Part shown: positions 39,667 through 54,229 of the stretch, piece by piece
How the letters are laid out: each line of letters opens with the position of its first letter
Position numbering within the stretch: position 1 is the first letter of the stretch
Made by a program: the position numbers and the translations under genes
Source of the DNA: Octopus sinensis
Taxonomy: Eukaryota
Direction: 5' to 3'
Assembly (NCBI RefSeq): GCF_006345805.1
Contig: NW_021834487.1
Span: 1 to 64,000, forward strand
DNA length: 64,000 nucleotides
The notes under the pieces: model-generated
What the model saw: the letters and a program-made list of their open reading frames with translations, nothing else
What the model was told of the DNA's origin: nothing
The model's database searches: none

Positions 39667-40756
39667 TTCTTCTAATAATGATGAACTCACTATGTTATGT
39701 GGGAGGAATATATGTGCTCATTACATCGACTCTTGAGAATCTACACTGGGTGTCGTCTTGACAGGTTTACTCAAGATTGTTGGTGTCTATCAACATGCTT
39801 GCAGTTTAGGGTTGGATAGACGTTATGATTGTCTGTATGTAAAGCAACAAAAGTCCTTGAAATCTAATACAAAAACATAAAGAAAATATCAGAAAGTGTT
39901 TAAGTATGTTTAATTTTGAGAGCGACCTGTAATGCCCTAATCATTTGCATCGTTTTGGCACTTAATTGAATATTTTCAGTTATAGTTAAAGTATTTGGAA
40001 TTTGTTCTGATTTAAATGGCAGGTTCTAATTGATAGTTATTACTTGCTTAAGACGTCATCTCTCAGTGGGACATACGCCATTAACGACTTTTCTTCACTG
40101 TTCTCAACACTGGGTTGTTTTTTCCCCACGTTTTATCAGTTTTGACTTGTCGTTGATACTTTTGAAACTTTGATTTATTTTCTACTTACGTCTACTTGCA
40201 GTGCGTGAAACCATTATTACTTCTAGAAATAGGTGATCCATAATTGTCTTACCTCTATCTTTTAACATGTCCAACATGGGATGTCCTCTGAGCTTGCGCT
40301 CCGAAGACATAGCTCTCACAGTCATTGATCCATTCAAGCTACCACACAGCAACGATGACTGATTGTTTTAGTTGGAGCTTAACTTCTGGTTGTTCTAGTT
40401 GACAGTAAGAGTGTGCAGTCTAGTGTCACAGGTGTTCCATTCACAACAATTATCATAATATCGTAGATTCAAATCCTAGGCCGGAGGCATATTGTGTTCT
40501 ACAACAAGGCACTTCATTTCACGTTGTTCTAGGTTATTCAACGGAAAAAGAGTACAAGCCTTCTGCTAGAGAGGTTTCACTACCTTCAGCTGTCATATTT
40601 TGTATGTACCGGTAGGGAAAAGTACGGGCTAACTGAGAGGCTACCTATATCTGCTCGCGAATACACAATCATCTAAAACAACTTGCGAAAGCATGGTACA
40701 TGTTGCCAAGCCGTACTCATTTGCAGGTTGTTACTGACCCTTTGTATGTATGTATG

Positions 40757-40817
<61 letters not shown>

Positions 40818-41038
40818 TGTATGTATGTATATCTGTGAGTATGTATGTATATATGTGTGTATGTGTGTGTGTATGTAGGTGTTTGGGATATAAGCAGTTT
40901 ATGAACACCATAAATGGAGAGTAAAAAGAACTAAGAAATAAAGGAAAGGGGGATCCCTCACAGTATTCGAAACACCAATCTCGTATAGCTGGGGGCTACA
41001 GTATACACAAACACACACACGCACACACACTCACACGT

Positions 41039-41069
<31 letters not shown>

Positions 41070-41107
41070 CGCATGTGTTTATATAGAATCTAATACAAAT
41101 AATACAA

Positions 41108-41153
<46 letters not shown>

Positions 41154-41659
41154 GTAATAATAATAATAATAATAATAAATATATTAATCATACAAAGAAA
41201 ATCATCAGAAAACCGAACAAAGGACGGGCACAGAAAAAGAAAATTATCACACGCACACATATGTATGTACATACACACACGTGTGTGTATATATATATAT
41301 ATACGTTTAAACTGCATGTCGCGTTGGATATGTATATATGAGATTTACTTTTGTTTTATCTTTAATTCATTTTCCCATAGTTTTTTTTGTTTCTTGTTTT
41401 CTTTTTGTCACATTTTCTATTCTATTCTATTATTTTATTTAGTTTTGCTTATTTTTCTCTCTATCGGAATCTTCGCTTATAAGATTTCTTTTAACCGTAA
41501 CCGCTTCAAGAACTCTTCAAGGAGTTGTGATCCCATTATTATATTTAACTCAACCCAATATGGCGTATTTCAAATGTTTTATATCCTCTTCCTTCATATA
41601 TATTTTATTACCTCTTGTAAGTGCTGTAGTGTTTGGTAGGACAGAATCAAATAGGAAAT

Positions 41660-41670
41660 GTATAATGCCT

Positions 41671-41722
<52 letters not shown>

Positions 41723-42030
41723 TATATGCATATATGTAAATATATGTATGTATTATATATAATATATAAAATATAATATATATATTATATATATAGCATA
41801 TATGTAATATGTATATATATAATATATTATATATATAATATATATATAATATATATATATATATTATATATATACATATATATTATATCATATATATTAT
41901 ACATACATATATATTATACATACATATATATTATATATTATATATATATAATATATATGTATATATATGTATATATATGTTTTCATATATATATATGTAT
42001 ATATATATATGTACTCATATATATATATAT
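41660..42030. repeat. Degenerate (TA)n tract
   Basis: Direct inspection. Confidence 0.95.
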
Positions 42031-42837
42031 ATATTTATTTATAAACTGTTTTTGCGTTCTGAATATTTGCTCGCGTTCATTATCACTATTGACTTCCATG
42101 CTTCTCACTGTTTTATGTTTTGCCGGTAGTTTTTTCCTTTGTTTTAACGCATGCTAGCTATGTTGTTAGGTCATCTGGTCTTTTATATTTAATGTGGATA
42201 TCTGATATTAGCAAAAGTTTAAACATTTCGAAGGAGGGATCAGTCGAATAATTGGAACCAAGCATTGGCCGATATATTAATTTATCGATATTGGAATAAG
42301 GGTAGAGAGATATTACCTTCTGATGTGTCAAAAATCTCTGCATCCTGTGTTCAAATCCTACCTTGGCCTACTTTGTCTTTTTATTTTCTCAGGTGTGTGT
42401 GTATTGAGGCGTCGATATATGAAGTATCTGTCATTCAAATACGTGTGCCGAATTTTTTGACTTTGAAATCGGTTAAGATTGCCTGTGAGAAACGTTATGA
42501 GGAACAATTTACAAGGAGAAAGCAATCACTTCTCACAGAAATTTCATATTCTACTGGTACCGTCTGAGCAGACAATACGAAACGATTTTTCTTATATGGA
42601 ACTGGTCGTTCAAGGTTCAGAAGTCACTAAACAAGAAGGCAGAAAACTATTTTAAAGTTACCTTTAGAAAAGGAAAAATAACTGTAAATATCCTGAAAAC
42701 AATATCCACACAATACACACAGCAGTAGATTGGGAGAATTATTAGAGCATCGGTAACAATACCTTGCATTGTTTCTTCTGGCCCTTTATATTATAGTTCA
42801 AATCCTACGAAGGTCAACTTTGCCCTTCTCTTTTATG

Positions 42838-43000
42838 GGCGCAGGAGGGGCTGTGTGGTAAGTAGCTTGCTTACGAACCACATGGTTCTGGGTTCAGTCC
42901 CACTGCGTGGCACCTTGGGCAAGTGTCTTCTACTATAGCCTCGGACAGACTAAAACCTTGTGAGTGGATTTGGTAGACGGAAACTGAAAGATGTCCGTCG

Positions 43001-43043
<43 letters not shown>

Positions 43044-43226
43044 GTATATATATGTGCGTGTATATATGATTGTGTGTCTGTGTTTGTCCGCCCACCATCG
43101 CTTGACAACATAGACCGATCGAATAAGTACTAGGCTTACAAAGAATACGTCCTGGGGTCGATTTGTTCGACTAAAAGGCGGTGCTCCCGCGTGGCTGCAG
43201 TCAAATGACTGAAACAAGTAAAAGAA
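42838..43226 (+). mobile_element. Family-B SINE
   Basis: GGCGCAGGAGGGGCTGTGTGGTAAGTAGCTTGC head and conserved body, with an internal deletion near 43110. Confidence 0.92.
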
Positions 43227-45344
43227 ACACACACACACACATATATATATATATATCAAAAGGTCCTGGCAGGGCTAAAAGTAAGGATGTTTCCAGAGTA
43301 GCACTCAACCCGAATACTGAACTATCGACACTGTCAAGTTCCATACCAGTGCAGGAACCTGAAAGGTGTAGAAAATCCAAATTTTCTACAAATTTTACGT
43401 CATTGGAGACATATATACAGAAACTAAAAAAATATGAAAACAAATTCCCATATCAAAAACAACATACATTGACGAAAAGTCTTGAACGTCGATGCTAGAT
43501 CAGCTTGAATTAGCAGACAAAATTTCTTTGAATCATATCTCACCGTATTGAAAACAACAAACAGAATTTGATTGTATAGTTCTAAATGTACTTAGCATGA
43601 TTGAAAGTTGGGATGGTATTGGTTGGAGCGCTTTGAATCATAGTTTGCTCTGCTCTGTTGCCTGCGTTTTCATTCTGTTCTTTAGTTACTAAACAATATA
43701 GTTAACATATTACTGTGTAATGAAAATAACAGTATGCATCATATATGTTGGCTGAAGTTATGTAGTTATACCTTAGCATATTGAACATGAATATAAAAAA
43801 GAAAATTTGAAATTATGTTTTATTAAGTTCAGAGTTCAATTCCAGCTCAGGTTATCTTTGCAATTTATTCTTATGAGGTCGATAAAATAAGTACCAATCT
43901 CAAAGTAATGTATCCGATAGTGGAAACTATACATTTTTATGGCTCTAGCTTAGTGCGACTACACACCAGTGAGTAAAACTTATGAAAGAACAAATAATTA
44001 TTGACAGCCTCATCATAAACAAAATCATACGGAAAACACGTAAAAGTATGTAGGAGGCTTATCATGGTACACAAAATATATTATCATACAGAAAAATACA
44101 TGAAACTGTTCAGAAAGCTTATCATAATTCAGAAAAAAAGCGCATAAAACTATACAGAAATCTTATGCTCGCACATAAAATATATAATTTTCACTTCTTC
44201 GTTTTTTTCATTCTCGTTTACAAAAATAAATATGAAACTACCCAATCAACATATCGTACTTATGAGACTGTAAAAACAGAAAGAAAAGATAACTGCCAGC
44301 ATGTTTAATTTGGACGCCTGACGGCGATCGTTGGATGTACGATAAAAAAAAAAAAAGCAAATCCTTGTTATAAATTTACGATTAGAATACATCGTACATA
44401 TGCATCCAGCTCACAATTTTGATACTTAAAACCCTAAAAAGAAATGGCTGATATCAGAAAAGCAAGACTATAAAAAGAATACTTTCCATCCTACTTGAAT
44501 TTGAACTTCAAACGAATGCTTTGCCCTTGGTAGATGAAGAAATTATTTGAGAAATTCCGATATTATTTGTATTTCTACTTCACTATTAAGTTTCTTTTGC
44601 TCTGTTTTATTTTCTATATTGACTTAGTTTTGAATGAAGACAATAACCTGAATATTATTTATAAATAATATAATGAAATATCTATGTTATACTACACGTC
44701 TGAATGACAATATCTCAGAATCATGTTTATAGATACAGTTATAGTCGAAAATATGAAATATTAAAGAAATTTAGACTTGTATTGCGGTTTGGTACTTTTT
44801 TTTATTTCTTGAATACTTTCACTCCCGTTTACAAAAAAAGAATTTGGAACTGCTCAATAAACATATCATTCTTATAAGAAATATATCACCACACAGAAAA
44901 ACACATGAAACTATTCAGTAAGCTTATCATCATGCATTAGAATATAACAACATATAAGAGGAAAATATATAAACAATATCAAAAATATATCAACTCAAAA
45001 AAAGCATATAATCGTGTAGGAGATACATAAAATATAGAGAAAACTTATCTCCATAAAGAAACCGGGTGTGGCTCTATAAAATCACCCAACCTGATAAAAA
45101 AAAAAGAGCAGCTGCTAAATTCCCTTGAAATAACAAATTATCATCTTATAAGTAGGAAGGACATATCGGATAATACATTCCAGGCTTGACGATGCCTAGA
45201 AAAAACAAAAACGATGACTCGTTGTTCACAGCTAGAATACATATAATCGTATATCTGCCCGATCGGAGCCAAATGTGAGCTAAAAAAGAAACAATAACTA
45301 CAACACTGTCATCATACAGGAATTTATCAACATAGAGAAAATGT

Positions 45345-45995
45345 ATCATAAATGAGAGACATATATCATCTCCCAAGGACGGTATCCCCCATACTAATAA
45401 CGTATCATCAAGCACAAAACATTATTATCATAGTAAAAAGTATATGTCGCCATGTTTAAATGGTCCCAACAAGAAAGGCTTTAATACGTGGCAGGTGTTG
45501 AAAAGGTCCTAGTTTTGGGTGAATGAAAATTCAGGAGGATTAATTAATCATGATTTTATTCAACATATTCCTCTCTCAGATTCACACACGTATTGCAGTG
45601 GTCTTACAATTTTTCTAAGCCCTGTAAAAGAACTCGGAAGGTTGAGCCTCCAACCGGAATTCGTCAACATAGGAAATGCATATCACAAAAATGAGACATA
45701 TATCCCCTTCCAAGGTCGGTATCCCCCATACTAATAACGTATCATCAAGCACAAAACATTATCATAACAGTAAAAAATATGTGTCGCCATGTTTAATTGG
45801 TCCCAACAAGGAAGGTTCTAATATGTGGTGGGTGGTTGAAAAGCTCCTAGCTTTGGATAAAAGAAAATACAGGAGGGTCAGTTAATGATGCTTTTAGTCA
45901 ATATATTCCCCTCTCAGATTAACATTTATTGCAGCGGTCTTTCGGTTTTTCTAAGCCCCGGAAAAAAACTCAGAAGGTTAAGCCTCCTACCAGAC
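45345..45995. repeat. Diverged tandem duplication, period about 337 bp
   Basis: GGTATCCCCCATACTAATAACGTATCATCAAGCACAAAACATTA at 45381 and 45718, with continuing homology to AGCCTCC. Confidence 0.9.
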
Positions 45996-46476
45996 CTTTC
46001 ACGATACCCTTAAAGCCAGAAACGGTACAGTACCTCCTCGTGTAGCTATTTGATGTGTTAGAATTAGGAACCAAAACATTCTCAAACTATTCCTTGCAGT
46101 CTAAAAAAGCAAATACCACATTGGATAGTGTATTCCTAAACATAGACAGGCAATATCTAAGAGGACTTGGGATCATTATTAGTGGAAAACCTTTGTTCTG
46201 ACGTCTGCTAAGTCCGAAATGACAAAGAACTAAACAACTACGATAACGAAAACAACAGCAACAACAACAATAGACTGTAAATGTGCAGAGAACTTACAAC
46301 AAAAGTACCAAAACATATCACTTACTTCAGAGATATATCATTTCAATGAGCATATCACCATACACACAAAAGCCAAGAAATAAAAAAAATTCTATATCGG
46401 CGTGTAGAAACATATTAACATAGATAAAACATATCAACATGCAAAGAAAGAACATATCACACTACAAATATGTACA

Positions 46477-46507
<31 letters not shown>

Positions 46508-46942
46508 TTATGTTTGTGTCAGTGTGTGTGTGTAAGTATGCTGGTATGTAGACATATATACGTTTGTTTGTGTGCTTGTGCGTCTGTGTGTGTAGTTTAT
46601 ATATATATATAAAACAGAAAAAACAAACATCCTACTACTGACAGAACACACACACAGCAATTAATGTTGTTCAGATGCTATGGAAACAGCAGAACGCTGG
46701 ACAAAAGCACAATATTAAAACTCGAAAATGAGATATTCAGAATTGGAAGGCGGATAAGAGTAGAAAGTTCTGGAAAATATTTGCACATATACTTACGGTC
46801 TAATAAACAGTAAATTCGTCCTGCTGGGAAAATTATTAAAACTCCGTTGCCGTTATGTCATTATACAAACTGCCGCAAATACACAGACGAACAAAATGGC
46901 TCTCTACAAACGCAAATACCTACACATACATGTACTAATGCG

Positions 46943-46982
<40 letters not shown>

Positions 46983-47608
46983 ACACACACACATGTACGC
47001 CAATATGTGAATATGTGTACGTTTGTGTGAGATAGTGTCGTAAATATACATATAACTTTGTATATATGTACATGTGTGTCTTTGCGTGCGTGTGTGTGAG
47101 TGTGTGTGTTTGTGTGTGTGTGTAGAATATATATGTATGTGCACATATATATACATATGCACATATGTATATATTTAGGTATGTATAGATTTATATATAT
47201 CTATATGTATATCCATATATATGTGTGTGTGTGTACATATGTATGCATATGTATAGTTACGTATGCATATATCTCTCTAAATACCAACACATATACATAC
47301 ACACACATACATATGCACATATATATATGTGTATATATATATATATATAGATATATATAATATATATATATATATTATGCATATATATATGCTTATGTGT
47401 ATGCATGCATCTCTCTCTCTTTATATATATATATATATATATATATTATGCATATATATATGCTTATGTGTATGCATGCATCTCTCTCTCTCTTTCTCTC
47501 CATATATATATATATATATTCTACTTTTTAACAACTTTCGGCTTTAGAGCTCCAGCATGGCCACCACTAACTCGTGTTGTTACAGTTTCATTAATCCTCC
47601 TTTAACAG

Positions 47609-47828
47609 TTGGCGTTTGGTGAACGAAGGAATTTGATGCTGCTGCCATCGTTCCCGCTTCCCTGCAGTGAAGTTGGCTCATCTGGGACTGTTCACTGTAG
47701 GAGATTCAGTTTAGTTTTCAAGACATCTACATTCACCCCATGTAGGCCTCGAAACTCCTTCGGGGAAATATTCTAGAGCTGTAGGCTCTTGAATCCCAAG
47801 CTACTACCGTATCTGGTCCTGTATTTTG
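47609..47828 (-). mobile_element. CR1/L2-type LINE, 3' end of RT ORF, decayed
   Basis: Minus strand reads SLGFKSLQL*NISPKEFRGLHGVNVDVLKTKLNL...VPDEPT and, after a frameshift, AAASNSFVHQ; matches the GPxLFNxLP...FKxxLD..VPDEP pattern of CR1/L2 C-termini. Confidence 0.65.
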
Positions 47829-48619
47829 ACAGCAAGGGTGAGATTTTATGCAAGCATGTCTACATATCCACACGCATTAACATAATATCCTTTAGCCCTT
47901 GTTTGTTCGGGCATATAAGTATATATTATCCTATATAATAAAAGAGATAATTTCGCAGCTAGCTGGTTCTGGGTTCGATTCTACTTTGGACAAAGTTTAT
48001 CAGTGCTTTTTTTTTAACTTTTTTTAAACTTTTTTTATACATATATTTTATAGGTTAGTTTTCCTATAGCATTGCATGTGGAATTTGGTTGACAGAAACA
48101 GTGATGATGTATACAGAGAAAAAAATGTACATATGGATGGTTAAACAGATAAGGCAGTGTGTTCGAATGAGCGATTCCTTTTAATATTTATTTAGTCTGA
48201 GTTGTAACACACGTCGTCGAAAATACAGTGATATGCTTATTAGCCCGTTGGACATCCAAAAGTAATAAAAGTAGATATATTCATGAACACATAGATATCT
48301 ATATACACATATTTATACATAAATACGTTTATCTCCCTCTCCGTCTCTCCGTCTCCCTTTCTCTCTCATGTGTGTGTGTGCCTGTGTGTGTGTGTGTGTG
48401 TGTGTGTGCGAGCGTGTGTGTGTGAAAGCACATTGTCTGGTGGTTAGGATATTACATGGAAGATCATGGTTTTGATTCTATTCAACTCTTAATAGGTGGT
48501 CCGTAATGAGGGAACGTTGGCCTGCTCGCCTCGCTATCGTGGTGTCGTTTTTCGTAAAGCTTTCGCGCATTGTGATCAGCGGTGTATAACAATATCTGCG
48601 AGGGTGATCAATGGATACA

Positions 48620-48757
48620 CACACATACATGCATACCTACATACATACATGCATGCATACATACATACATACATACATACATGCATACATACATACATAC
48701 ATACATACATACATACATACAAACATACATACATACATACATACATACATACATACA

Positions 48758-48791
<34 letters not shown>

Positions 48792-48800
48792 CATACACAC
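48620..48800. repeat. (CATA)n microsatellite
   Basis: Direct inspection. Confidence 0.95.
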
Positions 48801-49029
48801 CTACTTACATGTATATGAGGCAGGCAAACCTGTATGCCACAGAATATATCCAATGAAGTAATTATATATATATTTTCTTTGTATGGTGCATCTAAATTAG
48901 AAAGTTGATGTCTCAGCCTATGCAGATTCCAATCTCCATCTCACTCAACTCTCTCCTCTGGATATCAGCAATCATGACTCCCAGTTACTCAGGATCAAAT
49001 CTCCCTGTCTCGCATCCCCAAATATGTTA

Positions 49030-49322
49030 ACCTTTCAGGCGGTCTATAAACTTCTCCAAACACCAATATCTCTTCGAGTATATCATCTTCATTGAGAAAA
49101 TATTTCTTATTTCATCTCTTTACCAAAATTCATCGGTCTTGATGACTTCATCATTCCCACCGATTGAGTAACCAACAGTGGATCATTCACTCATCGGTTA
49201 CTGATGCGGTTGGTACAAAACCCAAGGCTTTTGCAACCCTCAAATTTATTCATCAACTGTCTCATTTCCTACATATATCTCGGAGCAACATCCTTGATGT
49301 TTATCTCACTACGAAACCCGAA
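49030..49322 (+). mobile_element. Decayed LINE APE-endonuclease fragment
   Basis: QLSHFLHISRSNILDVYLTTKP resembles the Q.V.FPT....LDLVLT motif; an upstream LDDF may be a decayed GDFN. Confidence 0.45.
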
Positions 49323-49551
49323 GGATGGCGCGTGTGTATGTATGTGTGTGAGTACATATAATTGCATTATTATATATTATTAAAACTGCAAACGTAGAAG
49401 TTGGCAGTACTAAAGCCCTACACCTGTTTCGATCAATTATTCAATTATGAAGTCATTTGCATATTTTATACTAGCCTTGTTTATACTGGAGATTAACAAA
49501 CTGAGTTTACCACGTTCAGTATAATGATCCCACATTATTGCTGTTGTTGTT

Positions 49552-50000
49552 AAGGCGGTGAGCTGGCAGAATGGTTTCGACGCCGGGCGAAATGCTGAGC
49601 GGCATTTCGTCCGTCTCCACATTCTGAGTTCAAATTCTGGCGTGGTGGACTTTGAATTGCATCCTTCCGGGGTCGATAAAATTACTAACAGTTACACACT
49701 GAGGTCGATGCAATCGACTCACCACCTCCACGCAAAATTTCAGGCTGTCTATAATAGTAAGGATTATTATTATCGCTAAGGCGGCGGGCTGACAGAATCG
49801 TTACAACGCCAGGCAAAAAGTACTTAGCGGCAATTCGTCCGTCTCACGTTCTGAGTTCAAATTCCACCGTGATTGACTTATCTTTTTATCCTTTCGGGAG
49901 TCGATAAATTAAGCAGCAGTGAAACACTGGGGTCGATTTTATCGGCAAGTCTCCGCCACCAAAATTTTAGGCCTTGTGTCTTTAGCAGGAAGGATTATTA
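49552..50000 (+). mobile_element. Two tandem family-A SINEs (about 49552-49770 and 49779-50000)
   Basis: AGGCGGTGAGCTGGCAGAA and AGGCGGCGGGCTGACAGAA heads; GTTCTGAGTTCAAATTC. Confidence 0.88.
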
Positions 50001-50196
50001 TTTTACATATGCATATACATAATTACGAGTGCGCACACACAGGCTAACACACACACATAAATGTCAATAGCTAAGCTTATATATATATATTATATATATA
50101 TATATACATAAACATATACATACATATATATATATATACATATATATATACTCATATATATACATACATACATACATACATACATACATACATACA

Positions 50197-50232
<36 letters not shown>

Positions 50233-50527
50233 CAATGGCGCACATGCATTTATAAAACCATACCGATAACTGTAAAATAACGTAGAAGCATATATAAACG
50301 AAGGTTTCACATCTAAGGGATATCTATATTATAAATATAATGTTCACTTGTAAATCTCTGTCTATATGAACATACTTGTTCCATATATTGACAGTTCTAT
50401 ATAAATATATCAATTTCCCTATGAATATTAAGCATGTATACTTTGTGCAAACGTACATGCTTACTGGTTGGTATAGACACATATAAAGATATACACATAC
50501 ACATACATATATATATATACATATATA

Positions 50528-50580
<53 letters not shown>

Positions 50581-51420
50581 ACATATATATATATACATAC
50601 ATACATATACGTACCAAAATACATCTCTCTGTCTCTCTCCCTACTATATATATATATATATATATATATAACAATGAGAGACGGAAATGGAATACGCGGG
50701 GAGCTTCATTGCTCAGAATGATCATTTCCACACATCCTGCATCGATCCCTCGCGGGTGGGAATCTGTACAACTTGGCACGGTGCATCCCTCGGTGGAGGA
50801 GAAGATCTCATCAGGTGACTAATAAAAGGTATCTTGTTAAACGAACTATATATACGTATATAAAATTTGTTTGCATTTGCATTTGTGGGTGTGTGTCTGT
50901 ATGTATCTGTGTGTGAGTGTGTGTGTGTGTGTTTGTGAGTGTGTTCACTTTTTCGTGTATTTGTGACTGCATTTGTACAGGTATTGTGAATCTATACGAT
51001 CACATTTATTTTCACGGTGTAATCCGTCACTTGAAAGTTCGTACTTCTTTCAAAGAAGTATTGTTTCTGTTGATTTTTATTTCGTCTTGCCAGTTATCTC
51101 AATTTGCTGCCTTGCAGGATATAATGGTGAAATATTTTAAACCTAACTTGATTTAAATTTCTATACATACGCTTAAATATGGTGATATACACTCATGCAT
51201 ATGAACGCGTGCACTCATACCTACATTTGCATGCATACATGTGTGTGTGTGCATGCGTGTGTGTGTGTGTGTGCTTGCGTGCGTGTGTGTGTGTCTATCA
51301 GCACGCGTATTTATGAGTGTCACGAAATTTTGTAGCGAAATCGAACCGGAAATCACATTACTCTGAATGAAATATCTTAACCACACAGGCATAGCCGAGA
51401 TCGCACAACCTTATGTACTG

Positions 51421-51451
<31 letters not shown>

Positions 51452-51463
51452 ATATATATATAA

Positions 51464-51501
51464 CTGTCCGACGAACGGGAACATGAAACTCCGAGTAACA
51501 G
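51464..51501 (+). ncRNA. Degenerate hammerhead motif (CCGACGA core)
   Basis: CTGT CCGACGA ACGGGAACAT GAAACT CCG AGT A ACAG; stem II has a mismatch; identical copy at 52926-52963. Confidence 0.5.
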
Positions 51502-51729
51502 CTTTTATGACATTTCTGTTGCTTTTAAATAAAGCATATTACTCTACCTCTGGTATTTGAGTACTCTTTTTTCCACCTTGTTTCACATTTATGTGCTTAC
51601 TTCGGTATAATATATATATATATATATAATATATACATAAACATATACATACATATATATATATATACATATATATATACTCATATATATACATACATAC
51701 ATACATACATACATACATACATACATACA

Positions 51730-51765
<36 letters not shown>

Positions 51766-52048
51766 CAATGGCGCACATGCATTTATAAAACCATACCGAT
51801 AACTGTAAAATAACGTAGAAGCATATATAAACGAAGGTTTCACATCTAAGGGATATCTATATTATAAATATTAATGTTCACTTGTAAATCTCTGTCTATA
51901 TGAACATACTTGTTCCATATATTGACAGTTCTATATAAATATATCAATTCCCTATGAATATCAAGCATGTATACTTTGTGCAAACGTACATGCTTACTGG
52001 TTGGTATAGACACATATAAAGATATACACATACACATACATATATATA

Positions 52049-52119
<71 letters not shown>

Positions 52120-52925
52120 ATACATACATACATATACGTACCAAAATACATCTCTCTGTCTCTCTCCCTACTATATATATATATATATATATATATAACA
52201 AATGAGAGACGGAAATGGAATACGCGGGGAGCTTCATTGCTCAGAATGATCATTTCCACACATCCTGCATCGATCCCTCGCGGGTGGGAATCTGTACAAC
52301 TTGGCACGGTGCATCCCTCGGTGGAGGAGAAGATCTCATCAGGTGACATAATAAAAGGTATCTTGTTAAACGAACTATATATACGTATATAAAATTTGTT
52401 TGCATTTGCATTTGTGGGTGTGTGTCTGTATGTATCTGTGTGTGAGTGTGTGTGTGTGTTTGTGAGTGTGTTCACTTTTTCGTGTATTTGTGACTGCATT
52501 TGTACAGGTATTGTGAATCTATACGATCACATTTATTTTCACGGTGTAATCCGTCACTTGAAAGTTCGTACTTCTTTCAAAGAAGTATTGTTTCTGTTGA
52601 TTTTTATTTCGTCTTGCCAGTTATCTCAATTTGCTGCCTTGCAGGATATAATGGTGAAATATTTTAAACCTAACTTGATTTAAATTTCTATACATACGCT
52701 TAAATATGGTGATATATACTCATGCATATGAACGCGTGCACTCATACCTACATTTGCATGCATACATGTGTGTGTGCATGCGGTGTGTGTGTGTGTGCTT
52801 GCGTGCGTGTGTGTGTGTCTATCAGCACGCCCCCTCTTAACCACGGCTGACAGCACATAGCCGAGATCGCACAACCTTATGTACTGATATATATATATAT
52901 ATATATATAATATATATATATATAA

Positions 52926-52963
52926 CTGTCCGACGAACGGGAACATGAAACTCCGAGTAACAG
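52926..52963 (+). ncRNA. Degenerate hammerhead motif, duplicate of 51464-51501
   Basis: Identical sequence within the tandem duplication. Confidence 0.5.
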
Positions 52964-53066
52964 CTTTTATGACATTTCTGTTGCTTTTAAATAAAGCATA
53001 TTACTCTACCTCTGTATTTGAGTACTCTTTTTTCCACCTTGTTTCACATTTATGTGCTTACTTCGG

Positions 53067-53108
<42 letters not shown>

Positions 53109-53186
53109 CATATTTATATATATATATATATATATAACATACATATATGTATATGTATATATATACATATATATATATATTTATAT

Positions 53187-53235
<49 letters not shown>

Positions 53236-53361
53236 ATATATATGGATCTACAAATGCAATATCCCTACATATCTCACATCTATATTATTTTATTTTCTCC
53301 ACCTCACTCTCTATTTTATATCTTATCTAAATTAACTATTACTTAACCATCCTCTCACACC

Positions 53362-53409
53362 GTTTCCGATGAAGCGATATATTAAATAACCTGGAAACAG
53401 CTGTAAGTT
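53362..53409 (+). ncRNA. Decayed hammerhead motif (CCGATGA core, palindromic ACAGCTGT stem III)
   Basis: GTTT CCGATGA AGCG ATATATTAAATAA CCTG GAAAC AGCT GTA AGTT; stems I and II are eroded; a related CAGCTGTAAGAC fragment lies near 26393. Confidence 0.4.
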
Positions 53410-54229
53410 CTTCTATCTATAACTTTTCTAAAATCTAAACAGACTTGTTTTTTTTATCTCACAACGAAATAAAATTTATATATATACATATATATATATA
53501 TATGTGTGTGTGTGTGTATGTGTGTGTGTGTGTATGTGTGTGTGTGTGTGCGTGTGCGTGTGTGTATAAATACATACATACATATATATATATATATATG
53601 TACATTCCAGGAAGGATGCTGTCCAATGACTGAAACAAGTAATATATATATATATGCGTGCGTGCGTGTGTGTGTGTGTGTGTGTGTACACGTATATGAA
53701 CATGCTCGGTAAGCAAACACCGCACAGGTACACGTATACACACATACACACGTGTGCATACGAACACCACAAAGTAGATTTTTGCAAGCAAGTGTATATA
53801 TGTCTAACCCGCGAGGAGAATGTTATACGTGCATACGTAATGGCGTGGATGGTAAATTGGCGAAGTTTACTGCGAAGTACCAATCTGAGAACGTCGCTGG
53901 ATATATGTAGAAATATGAATAATTCATTGTGAAGAAGTCTGTGCTATTGAAGATTTTGACACAGATGAAAGGACTGCAATGAGTTAGCTGTTTCGTGAAT
54001 TGTGAAACGGTGAAGAATTTGTTTTCGTTTTTGTTTGTTTCGTGGTTATTTGTTTTTGTTGTTTTCTTTTTTTTGTTTTGCTTTTTTATGTTTTCGTTTT
54101 TTTTGTTTTTTTTTACTTTTTATTTCCTTCGCCATCTTATATAACGTAAATAGTGAGATATTGAGCGAGAGTTATATTAAGAGATATTGGTATAGAAAAT
54201 GAAAGAAAGAAAGAGAGATCGAGAGAGAG

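Larger units (their letters stand above)
50078..53070. repeat. Near-identical tandem duplication, period about 1.46-1.53 kb
   Basis: TACAATGGCGCAC at 50231 and 51764; the copies differ by microsatellite lengths, small indels and one ~70-bp indel near 51310 / 52830. Confidence 0.95.

Noticed and set aside
50690-50820. GC-richer segment within the tandem duplication that could be an exon
   Set aside because: Splice signals are weak, no peptide is recognisable, and no frame is favoured.
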